Source: Dehalococcoidia bacterium
GTDB lineage: Bacteria > Chloroflexota > Dehalococcoidia > Lucifugimonadales > GCA-002694895
Length of the DNA stretch: 64,000 nt
Assembly: GCA_045564835.1 (NCBI GenBank)
Contig: JBJLGN010000021.1
Span: 1,073 to 65,072, forward strand
Reading direction: 5' to 3'
The notes below the pieces were generated by a model. It did no database searches, had not been told where the DNA came from, and saw only the letters and a list, made by a program, of their open reading frames with translations. The position numbers and the translations under genes are program-made. This document shows positions 1 through 9,243 of the stretch, one piece after another; position 1 is the first letter of the stretch; each line of letters opens with the position of its first letter.

Positions 1-370
1 TAGATCCAAGAATAATTCCCTCAACTGGTGCATTAGCATTTTGCGCTTTTTCTAAAATATCCCAACCTTCTCTTACTAAGGCTTTATCATAAGAATAAAT
101 AGGTGTTACATCTGATCCTCTGGAAAAACCGGTTTTCAGTACCATAACGATTAATTCATCGCCCACTTTCAAATTGTTGAGTTTTTCTTCCTCTATATAT
201 CTCATCTCAGATTTTGGTATCAATCCCTCAGATTTGCCACCCAAATTAATTAATACACCTTCGTAATTAAGTTCCATAACTTTACCTGACAGAACTTGTC
301 CTCGATTTATCTTAACAACATCCTTTTCATATTCTTCAAGTAATTTTGTTAATTCTTCTTGATTATTAAT
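1..370 (-). CDS. rpsA: 30S ribosomal protein S1, N-terminal part (3' end lies outside the window)
   Basis: Minus-strand translation reads ..INNQEELTKLLEEYEKDVVKINRGQVLSGKVMELNYEGVLINLGGKSEGLIPKSEM..ALVREGWDILEKAQNANAPVEGIILGS, typical of the S1 N-terminus and first S1 domain. The frame is open from a stop at 389-391. There is no ATG/GTG/TTG before the domain. ATT at 370-368 is preceded by AAGGA at 7 nt spacing. The ORF is not in the supplied track because it is edge-truncated with a non-canonical start. Confidence 0.65.
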   Translation of the reverse strand, partial: MNNQEELTKLLEEYEKDVVKINRGQVLSGKVMELNYEGVLINLGGKSEGLIPKSEMRYIEEEKLNNLKVGDELIVMVLKTGFSRGSDVTPIYSYDKALVREGWDILEKAQNANAPVEGIILGS

Positions 371-432
371 ATTTTTTTCCTTATGAAATTAAAAATTGCG
401 AACTTTATTATATGTACTGATTTAACTGAAGT

Positions 433-453
433 AAATACCTAGAAAGGGTATTT
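433..453 (-). terminator. Weak AU-rich hairpin downstream of 5S rRNA (possible terminator or processing stem)
   Basis: AAATACC (433-439) pairs with GGTATTT (447-453) around a 7-nt loop, about 15 nt past the 5S 3' end on the minus strand. No clean U-tract follows. Confidence 0.25.
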
Positions 454-468
454 ATTGGTTCTAATTGA

Positions 469-586
469 TCCTGGCGATTACTTATTGTCCCATATCGTTG
501 CCAATACAGTATCGTCAGCGCAAAAGCGTTTCACTTCCGTGTTCGGGATGGGAACGGGTGGGTCAACTTCGCCATAATCACCAGGA
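469..586 (-). rRNA. rrf: 5S ribosomal RNA
   Basis: The reverse complement reads TCCTGGTGATTATGGCGAAGTTGACCCACCCGTTCCCATCCCGAACACGGAAGTGAAACGC...GGGACAATAAGTAATCGCCAGGA. It carries the universal CCCATCCCGAACACGGAAGT core, and the termini form helix I (TCCTGGTGATT / AATCGCCAGGA). Confidence 0.92.
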
Positions 587-592
587 TTTAAA

Positions 593-622
593 ATTATAGA
601 TTCTAATAAACCAACTTGTCAA
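593..622 (-). promoter_or_regulatory. Consensus sigma-70-type promoter driving the 5S rRNA gene
   Basis: On the minus strand: TTGACA (622-617), 18 nt spacer, TATAAT (598-593), then 6 nt to the mature 5S 5' end at 586. Confidence 0.6.
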
Positions 623-651
623 TTATAATAATATGTATTAATAGGTTAATA

Positions 652-1188
652 ATGAAAACTAAAAACATATTTAAATTAAAAACAGCATTTTTTTCAGGAT
701 TAATTCTGTTTTTAATATTTTTTATTTCTATTTTATTTGTAAATCAAATCAGAACAAGTACAAATATTACAGGTATCAATAAATCTAATAAAATAGCACC
801 CACTTTTATCACATCTCAAATTAATGGTGAAAAATATATTTTCAATTTTGAAAACAAGTCTCCAACAGTTATTACTTTTTGGGCCTCATGGTGCCCTCCT
901 TGTAGAAAGGAAATGCCAATTTTAGATGAAATTCAAAAAGAAAATAAAAATATTAGGATAATTGGAATAAATATAGATGAAGACATTGAAGACGCCAAAG
1001 AATTCCTGGACCAATACAACATAACTTTCTTATCAGTAATAGATGAAGAATTTATAACAATCAAATATGGCGTGACAAAAATTCCAGAAACTTTTTTTAT
1101 TGATCCTGAAGGAAAAATAATTTCTAGAGTTTCAGGTAATTTAACTAAGGATAAAATAAAATTACTTATAGACGATTTAGTTAATTAA
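652..1188 (+). CDS. TlpA/ResA-family membrane-anchored thiol:disulfide oxidoreductase
   Basis: N-terminal TM helix followed by a thioredoxin fold with FWASWCPPCRKEMP. The track starts at TTG 616, but that codon lies inside the 5S promoter -35 box, so ATG 652 (MKTKNIF..) is preferred. Confidence 0.8.
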   Translation: MKTKNIFKLKTAFFSGLILFLIFFISILFVNQIRTSTNITGINKSNKIAPTFITSQINGEKYIFNFENKSPTVITFWASWCPPCRKEMPILDEIQKENKNIRIIGINIDEDIEDAKEFLDQYNITFLSVIDEEFITIKYGVTKIPETFFIDPEGKIISRVSGNLTKDKIKLLIDDLVN

Positions 1189-2236
1189 AAAGTTCAATTC
1201 TTATACCATTTTTATCACTTTTTCTAACTGCTTCAACAAATTCCATATATTTTAATCCGACTTCAAAGGTAGTATGCGTGATTTTTTCTTCTCCTCTGAT
1301 GGAATTAACAAATTCTTCCTCCACTCTCCACCAAGATTGAAGTTCATTCGGAACAGATATTTTCTTGGAATCATTACTTTCATCAGTAATATACAATTCA
1401 TAGTCTACACAATCTAAATGAATAGTACCTTTTGTGCCGTAAATCCGTACAGAATCTTTTGGGGCATTTCCTTTAACCGTACTCATTTTTATATTATAAA
1501 TGCCTCCTATTTCCAATTCTCCAATTACATTTATGTTATCTGGAATCTTTACAAAAGCATAATCATCATTTTCTCTTTTAGTTTTAACTATCAAATCTGA
1601 TACTGACATAACATTTTTAGCTGATCCTACCCATCTCATCATTGCTTCGTACCAAATACCTAATTGCATGGTATTCATACCTGATAAATCTATATCAGAT
1701 CTCCAATGATTTTCTGAATTGAAATCCGGATATCCTCCAGAAATACTTATTGGTGTTTGATGATTAATTGAAATATCGATTTGTATTACTTCTCCAATTG
1801 CATTTTGCCCTATTAATTTACGAATGTATTTGTCATATTTTAATGTCATTGGAGCCGGGACAATTTGAGCTATCAAAGTAGGTGATTTTTTGGAAACCTC
1901 TAGCATCCTTTTGGCACTTTCATAATCAAAGGTCATTCTAGCTTCTGTCATTACATGTTTATTATTCTTTAGGGATTCACATACTAATACTTCATGCATG
2001 TATGGCCAAGTTCCGATGCATATAGCATCTATATCTTTATTTTGTACTAGATCTATCCAGTTAGAATAAACATTATTTATTGAAAATTCATCAGCAACTT
2101 TCTTGCCAGATTCATAAGAACGATTGCATACACCTACCACCTCTACATTTTCTAATTTTTGAAAATTAGGAATATGAAATTTTTTAGTGTTTTCTCCTGC
2201 TCCAATAACTCCAATATTAATCTTTTCACTCATCAT
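1181..2236 (-). CDS. Gfo/Idh/MocA-family NAD(P)-dependent oxidoreductase
   Basis: N-terminal Rossmann motif INIGVIGAGENTKKFHIPNF. Length and overall layout are typical of the family. Confidence 0.8.
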   Translation of the reverse strand: MMSEKINIGVIGAGENTKKFHIPNFQKLENVEVVGVCNRSYESGKKVADEFSINNVYSNWIDLVQNKDIDAICIGTWPYMHEVLVCESLKNNKHVMTEARMTFDYESAKRMLEVSKKSPTLIAQIVPAPMTLKYDKYIRKLIGQNAIGEVIQIDISINHQTPISISGGYPDFNSENHWRSDIDLSGMNTMQLGIWYEAMMRWVGSAKNVMSVSDLIVKTKRENDDYAFVKIPDNINVIGELEIGGIYNIKMSTVKGNAPKDSVRIYGTKGTIHLDCVDYELYITDESNDSKKISVPNELQSWWRVEEEFVNSIRGEEKITHTTFEVGLKYMEFVEAVRKSDKNGIRIELFN

Positions 2237-2346
2237 TACTCTCTTTTCTTGATTATAGGATTTATATATTTCATTATATATTCTAAAATCTTAATAAATA
2301 GCCGAAAATAATAAAAGTAATACAAATTAAAAAGAGGAGAAACAAA

Positions 2347-3117
2347 TTGAAATTTGCTGCAAATCTAACAATGCTATTCACAGAATATGATTTTTTAGAG
2401 AGATTTGAAAAAGCATACGAATACAAATTTAAAGCTGTAGAGTATTTGTTTCCGTATGCTTACGAACCTTCTGAATTAAAAAAATTGCTTGATGAATACA
2501 ATTTAATTCAAGCATTACACAATCTTCCTGCAGGTGATTGGGAAAAAGGAGAAAGAGGTATAGCTTGTAATCCTGACAAGATGCAAGATTTCAAAAATGG
2601 GGTTCAAACTGCTATTGAATACGCAAAAATATTAGATTGCAATAAACTTAATTGTTTGATTGGAATCCCTGAAGATAACTATTCAGAGAAAGATATTGAA
2701 AATTGCATATTAGAAAATTTGAAATATGCATCAAGTGAATTAGAAAAAGAAAACATTCATTTATTGATTGAACCTGTTAACACAATTGACATTCCCGGTT
2801 TTTATCTTAATACAACAAAACAAGCAAAAAATATTATAAATAAAATCAACTCAAATAATTTGTTTATTCAATACGATGTGTATCACATGCAAATTATGGA
2901 AGGGAATCTATCACTAACTATAAAAGAAAACTTGGATTTGATAAAACATATTCAAATTGCAGATCACCCTGGTAGACACGAACCAGGAACAGGTGAAATT
3001 AATTATGACTTTCTATTTTCTTATTTGAAATCACTAAATTACGAAGGATATATAGGATGTGAATACAATCCTGAAAGCAATACAGAAGAAGGATTAAAAT
3101 GGAAAAACAACTTTTAA
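2347..3117 (+). CDS. hyi: Hydroxypyruvate isomerase family TIM-barrel protein
   Basis: MKFAANLTMLFTEYDFLERFEKA...LHNLPAGDWEKGERGIACNP closely follows the Hyi N-terminal signature. TTG start, with AGGAG 8 nt upstream. Confidence 0.8.
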   Translation: MKFAANLTMLFTEYDFLERFEKAYEYKFKAVEYLFPYAYEPSELKKLLDEYNLIQALHNLPAGDWEKGERGIACNPDKMQDFKNGVQTAIEYAKILDCNKLNCLIGIPEDNYSEKDIENCILENLKYASSELEKENIHLLIEPVNTIDIPGFYLNTTKQAKNIINKINSNNLFIQYDVYHMQIMEGNLSLTIKENLDLIKHIQIADHPGRHEPGTGEINYDFLFSYLKSLNYEGYIGCEYNPESNTEEGLKWKNNF

Positions 3118-3425
3118 TAAATTATTCTAATATAATATTTGAGCTTAACGATAATAACATCGTAAAATACAACCTTGATTTAAAGTTTGATTCTTCAAAT
3201 TATTCTAGATGCATTGTAATTGTTAACTCCATCGAAGATCTACAAAAACAAGAAACATTTACCGAATTGAAAAAAAGTACTATGACATTATCTTTGCTCG
3301 TTCTATCAAATAATCCAACACATTTAGAAGAATATTCAGATAAATCAAGGTTTGAGTCTATAATTTCTGGAATAGATCAAAGTGATTTGAATGTTAGAAT
3401 AAATGAAATTTTAAATTTGGTATAA
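3099..3425 (+). CDS. Hypothetical protein (108 aa) leading the cofactor operon
   Basis: Overlaps the hyi end by 19 nt and ends 2 nt before moeA. No recognisable motif. Confidence 0.4.
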   Translation: MEKQLLINYSNIIFELNDNNIVKYNLDLKFDSSNYSRCIVIVNSIEDLQKQETFTELKKSTMTLSLLVLSNNPTHLEEYSDKSRFESIISGIDQSDLNVRINEILNLV

Positions 3426-3427
3426 GT

Positions 3428-4663
3428 ATGTCAGAATTCTTCGAAGTTGTTAGTCCAAATGAGGCTATCTCAAAAATGATATCACACAATGATTTTCCTA
3501 CCTTGAAATCTGAAACAGTTGATACTATTTCATGTCATAATCGTATAACTTCTGAAGATGTAATTTCAAACTCTGATTTACCTCATTTTGACAGATCATC
3601 AATGGATGGGTATGCAATCAAATCTAATGATTCAACAGGAGTTTCAAGTTCTTCTCCAAATTATATTAAAGTCACAGAAGAAATAAAAATGGGACATACT
3701 CCAAGTAAAAAATTAAAAAATGGAGAATGTGCAAGAATATTTACCGGCGGGATGATCCCGCAAGGTGCTGATTCGGTGATTATGGAAGAAGACACAGAAA
3801 TTTTAAATGATAATTTTATCGAAATTAAAAAATCTCTTTCAGTTGGCGAAAATATTATTTTCAAAGGAGAAGAAACAAAAAAAAATAAACTTATATTGTC
3901 CAAAGGTCACAAAATAAGATCTCAAGACATAGGAAGTATGCTTGAATCTGGTATAACAAAGTTAAAAGTTTATAAAAAATTAATAATTGGGGTTTTATCT
4001 TCTGGTGATGAATTGCTTGATCCTACAGAAGATTTACAACCAGCTAAAATTAGAGATATAAATACGTATACAATTTCTACATTAATAAAATCAACAGGAC
4101 ATAAAATCAAAAATTTTCCTATCATGCCTGACAACTTTGAGTCTCAGCTAGATCAGGCAAAAAAAGCTTTCAATGAATGTGATATCCTTATATTTTCTGC
4201 GGGTAGCTCGATAAGCTATAGAGATACAACATCAAAAGTAATCACAAATTTAGGATTACCAGGAATTCTAGTACACGGTGTGTCAGTTAAACCTGGTAAA
4301 CCTACAATACTTGCAATCTGCGACAAAAAAATAATAATAGGATTACCAGGTAATCCAGTGTCTGCAAGCATGATTTTTACTAATATAATTCGCCCAATTA
4401 TATACAGTACATATAATTTCGAGCCATTAGAACCATATGTGTTATGCCAATTAAACGATGATATAAGTTCTCACACAGGTAGAGTTGATTATGTTCCAGT
4501 AAAAATATCAATTAAAAACGGAATCTCTTATGCACAACCAATATTAGGAAAATCCAATTTAATAAATACGTTGGTTCATTCTGATGGGTATATTACAGTT
4601 CCTTCTGAAAAAAGAGGGGTATATAAAAACAGTACTGTTAAGGTAAGTATTTATGAACAATAA
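3428..4663 (+). CDS. moeA: Molybdopterin molybdenum/tungsten-transferase MoeA
   Basis: Motifs DRSSMDGYAI, SAGSS and GLPGNPVSA. The 411 aa length is typical. Confidence 0.85.
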   Translation: MSEFFEVVSPNEAISKMISHNDFPTLKSETVDTISCHNRITSEDVISNSDLPHFDRSSMDGYAIKSNDSTGVSSSSPNYIKVTEEIKMGHTPSKKLKNGECARIFTGGMIPQGADSVIMEEDTEILNDNFIEIKKSLSVGENIIFKGEETKKNKLILSKGHKIRSQDIGSMLESGITKLKVYKKLIIGVLSSGDELLDPTEDLQPAKIRDINTYTISTLIKSTGHKIKNFPIMPDNFESQLDQAKKAFNECDILIFSAGSSISYRDTTSKVITNLGLPGILVHGVSVKPGKPTILAICDKKIIIGLPGNPVSASMIFTNIIRPIIYSTYNFEPLEPYVLCQLNDDISSHTGRVDYVPVKISIKNGISYAQPILGKSNLINTLVHSDGYITVPSEKRGVYKNSTVKVSIYEQ

Positions 4664-6572
4664 TAAAAATAGAAATTATTATTTGGATGATATACCTATT
4701 GAAATAGCTTTAGAAAAATATTTCAACTCTCTTGAAAAATACCTAAGTGTTATCGATCATGAAGAAATACAAGTTACTGATTCGAATAACAAAATAACAT
4801 ATGAACCAATATTTGCAAAAATTTCTTCCCCAAATTTTAACCTGGCTGCAATGGATGGAATTTCAATTGATCATAAATCAACAATTGGGGCAACTGAAAC
4901 TTCACCTATAACCTTAAATTCAAATAAATTTTCATGGGTTGATACAGGGGACCCTATAGATGACAATCATGATGCAGTCATAATGATCGAAGACATTTCT
5001 AAAATATCTTCTCAAAATATCAGAATTTTTTCATCTGTACCTTCAATGTATAACGTAAGAGAAATTGGAGAAGATTTAATCCAATCTGAGATGATAATTC
5101 CTGAAAATACTAAAATAAACCATTTCGATATTGGAGTATGTCTTGCAGGTGGAGTTGATAGGATAAAGATTAAAAAACCTCTTTGCTCTAAATTTATTCC
5201 AACCGGAAATGAACTAATCAAATTAGGAGATGAATATTCCAAGGGAGATTTAATAGAATTTAACAGCTATGTTATTAATGGAATGTTAGATGAAATAGGA
5301 GTAATTACTGATACTTCTCCAATCATAAAAGATAAAAAAACAGATATAAAAAATGAAATATCTAAAGCTGTTAAAACTTTTGATCTTATTATAGTGAGTG
5401 CAGGTTCATCTGCAGGATCTGAAGATTACACAAAAGAAATAATAGAGGAATTGGGAGAAGTAATAGTACATGGAATTTCGATTAAGCCTGGGCATCCAGT
5501 TATTTTAGGTAAAATAAAAGATAAACCTGTAATTGGACTTCCAGGATATCCTGTTTCAGCAATTTTAATCAATGAATTAATAATAAAACCACTAATTGAA
5601 AAGAAATTAAAATATAAAATACACAAAAATGAACCTTTAAAAGCAAAATTAGCAAGAAAATTAAACTCCACAATTGGTGAAGATGAGTATATTCGGGCTA
5701 GTGTTGGAAAAATAAATTCAGAATACGTGGCTGTTCCATTACCAGGTGGAGCAGGAGTGATAAGCTCAATTCAAAAAGCAAATTGTTTAATAAAAATACC
5801 CAAAAATATCGAAGGCTATCAAAAAAACGAAGTTATAGAATTGTCTCCTTTAACTAATATTCAAAGTATAAATAACACAATTATTTGTAGCGGAAGCCAT
5901 GATTTAGTATTAGATTTACTTAAATCTTTTCTTTTAAAACAAGGGTTAGGCTACAATATGGCTATAAATCCTATTGGTAGTTTAGGGGGGTTATTAGCAA
6001 TAGATCAAAATATGTGCCATATAGCGGGAACACACATTTTTGATCCGGAAACAAATCAATATAACACCTCATACATAAACCAATTTATTAAAAACAACAA
6101 AGTAAAAACAATAACTCTTGTAGATAGAATTCAAGGAATAATAGTTCCTAAAAATAATCCTAAAAATATTAAAAAGTTAGATGATTTCAATAATCCTGAA
6201 TTGATTTTTGTTAATAGGCAAAAAGGTTCCGGAACAAGAATCTTACTCGATCACTTATTACAAAAAGCAAATATAAGTCCTCAATGTATACAAGGATATG
6301 ACAATGAAAAAAATTCACATCTTGCAGTATCGTATGCAATCCATTCTAAAAATGCAGATTACGGAATAGGGATTATGTCTTCTGCAAATGCATATGATTT
6401 AGGATTTGTCCCACTTAAAGAAGAACGCTTTGACCTTGTGATACCAGAAAATATATATGAACTAGATTACATACAAAAATTATTAGAGATTATTAACTCA
6501 GCAGAATTTATAAATTCTATAAATTCTATTGGAGGATATAATACTAAAAATACTGGTAAGGGTGTAAATTGA
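4653..6572 (+). CDS. moeA: MoeA paralog fused to a C-terminal periplasmic-binding-protein-like (oxyanion-binding type) domain
   Basis: The N-terminal ~400 aa has AAMDGISI, SAGSSAGSEDY and GLPGYPVSA. The C-terminal ~230 aa (IICSGSHDLVLD...NRQKGSGTRILLD...) resembles the PBP-like domain fused to MoeA in archaea and some bacteria. Confidence 0.8.
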   Translation: MNNNKNRNYYLDDIPIEIALEKYFNSLEKYLSVIDHEEIQVTDSNNKITYEPIFAKISSPNFNLAAMDGISIDHKSTIGATETSPITLNSNKFSWVDTGDPIDDNHDAVIMIEDISKISSQNIRIFSSVPSMYNVREIGEDLIQSEMIIPENTKINHFDIGVCLAGGVDRIKIKKPLCSKFIPTGNELIKLGDEYSKGDLIEFNSYVINGMLDEIGVITDTSPIIKDKKTDIKNEISKAVKTFDLIIVSAGSSAGSEDYTKEIIEELGEVIVHGISIKPGHPVILGKIKDKPVIGLPGYPVSAILINELIIKPLIEKKLKYKIHKNEPLKAKLARKLNSTIGEDEYIRASVGKINSEYVAVPLPGGAGVISSIQKANCLIKIPKNIEGYQKNEVIELSPLTNIQSINNTIICSGSHDLVLDLLKSFLLKQGLGYNMAINPIGSLGGLLAIDQNMCHIAGTHIFDPETNQYNTSYINQFIKNNKVKTITLVDRIQGIIVPKNNPKNIKKLDDFNNPELIFVNRQKGSGTRILLDHLLQKANISPQCIQGYDNEKNSHLAVSYAIHSKNADYGIGIMSSANAYDLGFVPLKEERFDLVIPENIYELDYIQKLLEIINSAEFINSINSIGGYNTKNTGKGVN

Positions 6573-7180
6573 AAAATTCTATACACGGAATTATTTTAGC
6601 TGGAGGAAAAAGTGAAAGACTTGGAAGGGATAAAGCTTTGGAATCATTTAACGGCAAGCCATTAATATCAAATGTTATATCCGCTATAAGAGAGCATGTT
6701 AATAACATAAGTATAGTGGTTAATAAAAACACAAGAAAAGAAGATCTTTATTTTCTTGATAATGTAAGTTTTATTGTAGATAAATACAAAAACGCAGGAT
6801 CACTTGGAGGTATTTACAGCGGATTGGAAAAGTCACCAAATCAAAATATTATAGTCTTTGCTTGCGACATGCCATTTATTTCAGGGAAAATAGTTTCATT
6901 TATGAAAAATAATATCACTTCAAAGTATGACATAATAATACCTGAAACAAATGGGTTTAAACATTCTACTCACGCCATTTATAGTAAAAATTGTTTACCG
7001 ATAATTAAAAAACAATTAATTAAAAAAGAATATAAAATTTCTAAAATATTCGACAAATGTAATACAAAAATACTTAAAGAAAACGATATCAATAAAATTG
7101 AATTAAATACAAAAAGCTTTTTCAATATTAATTACGATCACGATTTAGATAAGGCAAATCAAATATTATCAAATGAATAA
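6569..7180 (+). CDS. mobA: Molybdenum cofactor guanylyltransferase MobA
   Basis: GIILAGGKSERLGRDKA nucleotide-binding motif. TTG start overlaps the moeA2 stop. Confidence 0.8.
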   Translation: MKNSIHGIILAGGKSERLGRDKALESFNGKPLISNVISAIREHVNNISIVVNKNTRKEDLYFLDNVSFIVDKYKNAGSLGGIYSGLEKSPNQNIIVFACDMPFISGKIVSFMKNNITSKYDIIIPETNGFKHSTHAIYSKNCLPIIKKQLIKKEYKISKIFDKCNTKILKENDINKIELNTKSFFNINYDHDLDKANQILSNE

Positions 7181-7460
7181 AATTAAAATTAAAATAGAAT
7201 TCTTTGGAACAGCAAAGCTAATCGCCAAAAAAGATTTTATATATGTATCTACAGAAAAAAAAATTGAAGAAAAAGATCTTGTAGAAATAATAGCTTTAGC
7301 CATACCTGAATTTGTAGATAAAATAATTGAAAAGAATACCTTTGCATTAAAAAAAAGTTATAATCTTGGAATTAATGGTGTGAAAAATACTGGAAACAAA
7401 CATCTTTCATTAAAAAATAATGACTCTATACTAATATTTAGTAGTCAATCAGGAGGTTGA
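7173..7460 (+). CDS. moaD: MoaD/ThiS-family small sulfur-carrier-like protein
   Basis: 95 aa ending in ...SSQSGG followed directly by TGA. The C-terminal Gly-Gly is diagnostic. It sits immediately upstream of aor. Confidence 0.7.
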   Translation: MNKIKIKIEFFGTAKLIAKKDFIYVSTEKKIEEKDLVEIIALAIPEFVDKIIEKNTFALKKSYNLGINGVKNTGNKHLSLKNNDSILIFSSQSGG

Positions 7461-7463
7461 TTT

Positions 7464-9242
7464 TTGCAAGGATACAACAACAAATACCTGCTAATTAATT
7501 TAGACAACCATACTTCTGAAGAAAAAATATTAGATGGTGAAATACTTGCAAATTATATTGGAGGAACAGGGTTAAGTACCTATTTGTTACATAAATATTC
7601 ATCTCCCAAAGTAGACTCTTTTGCCCCTCAAAATCCACTTGTATTCGCTTCAAGCCCTTTAACTGGAACCAAACTAACAACAACAAGTAAATTTTCTATT
7701 GCTACAAAATCACCTCTAACTGATTTTATAGGAGACTCGATGTCATCAAGTCATTTTTCAGACAAATTAAAAAAAACAGGATTTGATGCATTAGTGATTA
7801 TAGGTAAATCAAATAAAAAATCATTAATCAAAATCTCAAACTCAAATATCAGCTTTGTAGATGCATCAAAAATATGGGGGAAACATACAAGCGAAACAGA
7901 AATGATTTTAAATGAAAAAATTGGCAGTAATTATTCTTATGCAACGATAGGTCCTGCAGGTGAAAATTTAGTAAGGTTTGCTGGAATAAAAAATGATGGA
8001 GGAAGAATGGCCGCACGAACAGGCGTTGGCGCAGTTATGGGTTCAAAAAATATTAAAGCAATTGCAGTAGGCGGAGATATAAGCATTTCAATATCTAATC
8101 CTCAAAAAATAAATGATATAAGAAAAAAATTATCCAAAAAAAGCCTTGGAGAGAGTACTGAAAAATATAGAACAACAGGCACTACAATAAATATGTCATT
8201 GCTAAATAGATTAGAAATGTTACCCACTAATAATTTCTCAGAATCTATATTCAAAGAATCAGAAAAAATTGAAGGTGAAAATTTAATAAAAAATCATTTC
8301 TCCGAAAAAGCTCATTGTGCAAACTGTACAATTGGATGTGAAAAAATTTTTGTTACTAATGATAAAAATGAAAAAATAAAATCAAGACTTGAATTTCAAA
8401 CTACAGCAAGCTTAGGCTCGAATATTGGGGTAAGTAACCCAAATTGGATAATTAGAGCTGCTAAGCTTTGTGATGAATTAGGCTTGGACACAATAAGCAC
8501 AGGCGTAACAATAGGATGGGCTATAGAAGCTTCTAAAAATGGACATCTTAAACACAGTATAGATATTAGTTCCGAATCAAAATTATTAAATTTAATAAAA
8601 AACATCGCTTATAGGAAATCTGTTGGAAATTTACTGGCTGAAGGATCAAAATTAGCATCAGATATTACTGGAAAAAATTCTAATTTATACGCAATGCATG
8701 TAAAAGGACTTGAAATACCTTCTTATGATCCCAGAAACTTGCCAGCTCTAGCTTTAGCTTTATCTGTAAGTACAAAAGGAGCATGTCATAACAGAGCAAG
8801 TGCGTATGATATTGATTTTAACAACAAGCAAATATTTGAAGATCCGACACTTATAGCAAAAAAAACAAAAGAAAGTGAAGATTTGTCTGCAGTTATAGAC
8901 TCAATGATATGGTGTAAGTTTCTAAGGAAATCATTTGATGATTTATATGCTGAAAGTTCTGATATTTATTCATTAATAACAGGTGAACAATTTACAGAAA
9001 CCCATATTAAAATTGCTGGAGAAAGAATAAATAATTTGAAAAAATTGTTTAATATCGAAAATGGATGGTCAAGAATTGATGACAATTTACCAAATAGATT
9101 ACTTGAAAGTAATAACAAAAAAAATCAAATCATATCTAAAAACTTCTTGGATTCAATGATTAGTAATTATTATCATTTCAGAGAATGGGATAAGAATGGT
9201 AATATACCTAATAATAAACTTAAATCTTTGAATATAAGTTGA
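7464..9242 (+). CDS. aor: Aldehyde:ferredoxin oxidoreductase family (tungsto/molybdo-pterin) catalytic subunit
   Basis: N-terminus ...NKYLLINLDNHTSEEKILDGEILANYIGGTGLSTYLL. CANCTIGC (CxxCxxxC) plus a later KGACHNRA Cys provide the [4Fe-4S] ligands. Length 592 aa. Confidence 0.9.
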   Translation: MQGYNNKYLLINLDNHTSEEKILDGEILANYIGGTGLSTYLLHKYSSPKVDSFAPQNPLVFASSPLTGTKLTTTSKFSIATKSPLTDFIGDSMSSSHFSDKLKKTGFDALVIIGKSNKKSLIKISNSNISFVDASKIWGKHTSETEMILNEKIGSNYSYATIGPAGENLVRFAGIKNDGGRMAARTGVGAVMGSKNIKAIAVGGDISISISNPQKINDIRKKLSKKSLGESTEKYRTTGTTINMSLLNRLEMLPTNNFSESIFKESEKIEGENLIKNHFSEKAHCANCTIGCEKIFVTNDKNEKIKSRLEFQTTASLGSNIGVSNPNWIIRAAKLCDELGLDTISTGVTIGWAIEASKNGHLKHSIDISSESKLLNLIKNIAYRKSVGNLLAEGSKLASDITGKNSNLYAMHVKGLEIPSYDPRNLPALALALSVSTKGACHNRASAYDIDFNNKQIFEDPTLIAKKTKESEDLSAVIDSMIWCKFLRKSFDDLYAESSDIYSLITGEQFTETHIKIAGERINNLKKLFNIENGWSRIDDNLPNRLLESNNKKNQIISKNFLDSMISNYYHFREWDKNGNIPNNKLKSLNIS

Positions 9243-9243
9243 A

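Noticed and set aside
616-651. TTG at 616 as the start of the TlpA-like gene
   Set aside because: The first 12 codons (MSIIIICINRLI) overlap the -35 box of the divergent 5S promoter and add an implausible extension. ATG 652 gives a normal Lys-rich n-region followed by a TM anchor.
2237-3427. Moco riboswitch upstream of the cofactor operon
   Set aside because: The genes from hyi through moeA are contiguous or overlapping, leaving no leader long enough. The 2237-2346 spacer is AT-rich without the conserved GC-containing Moco motif helices.
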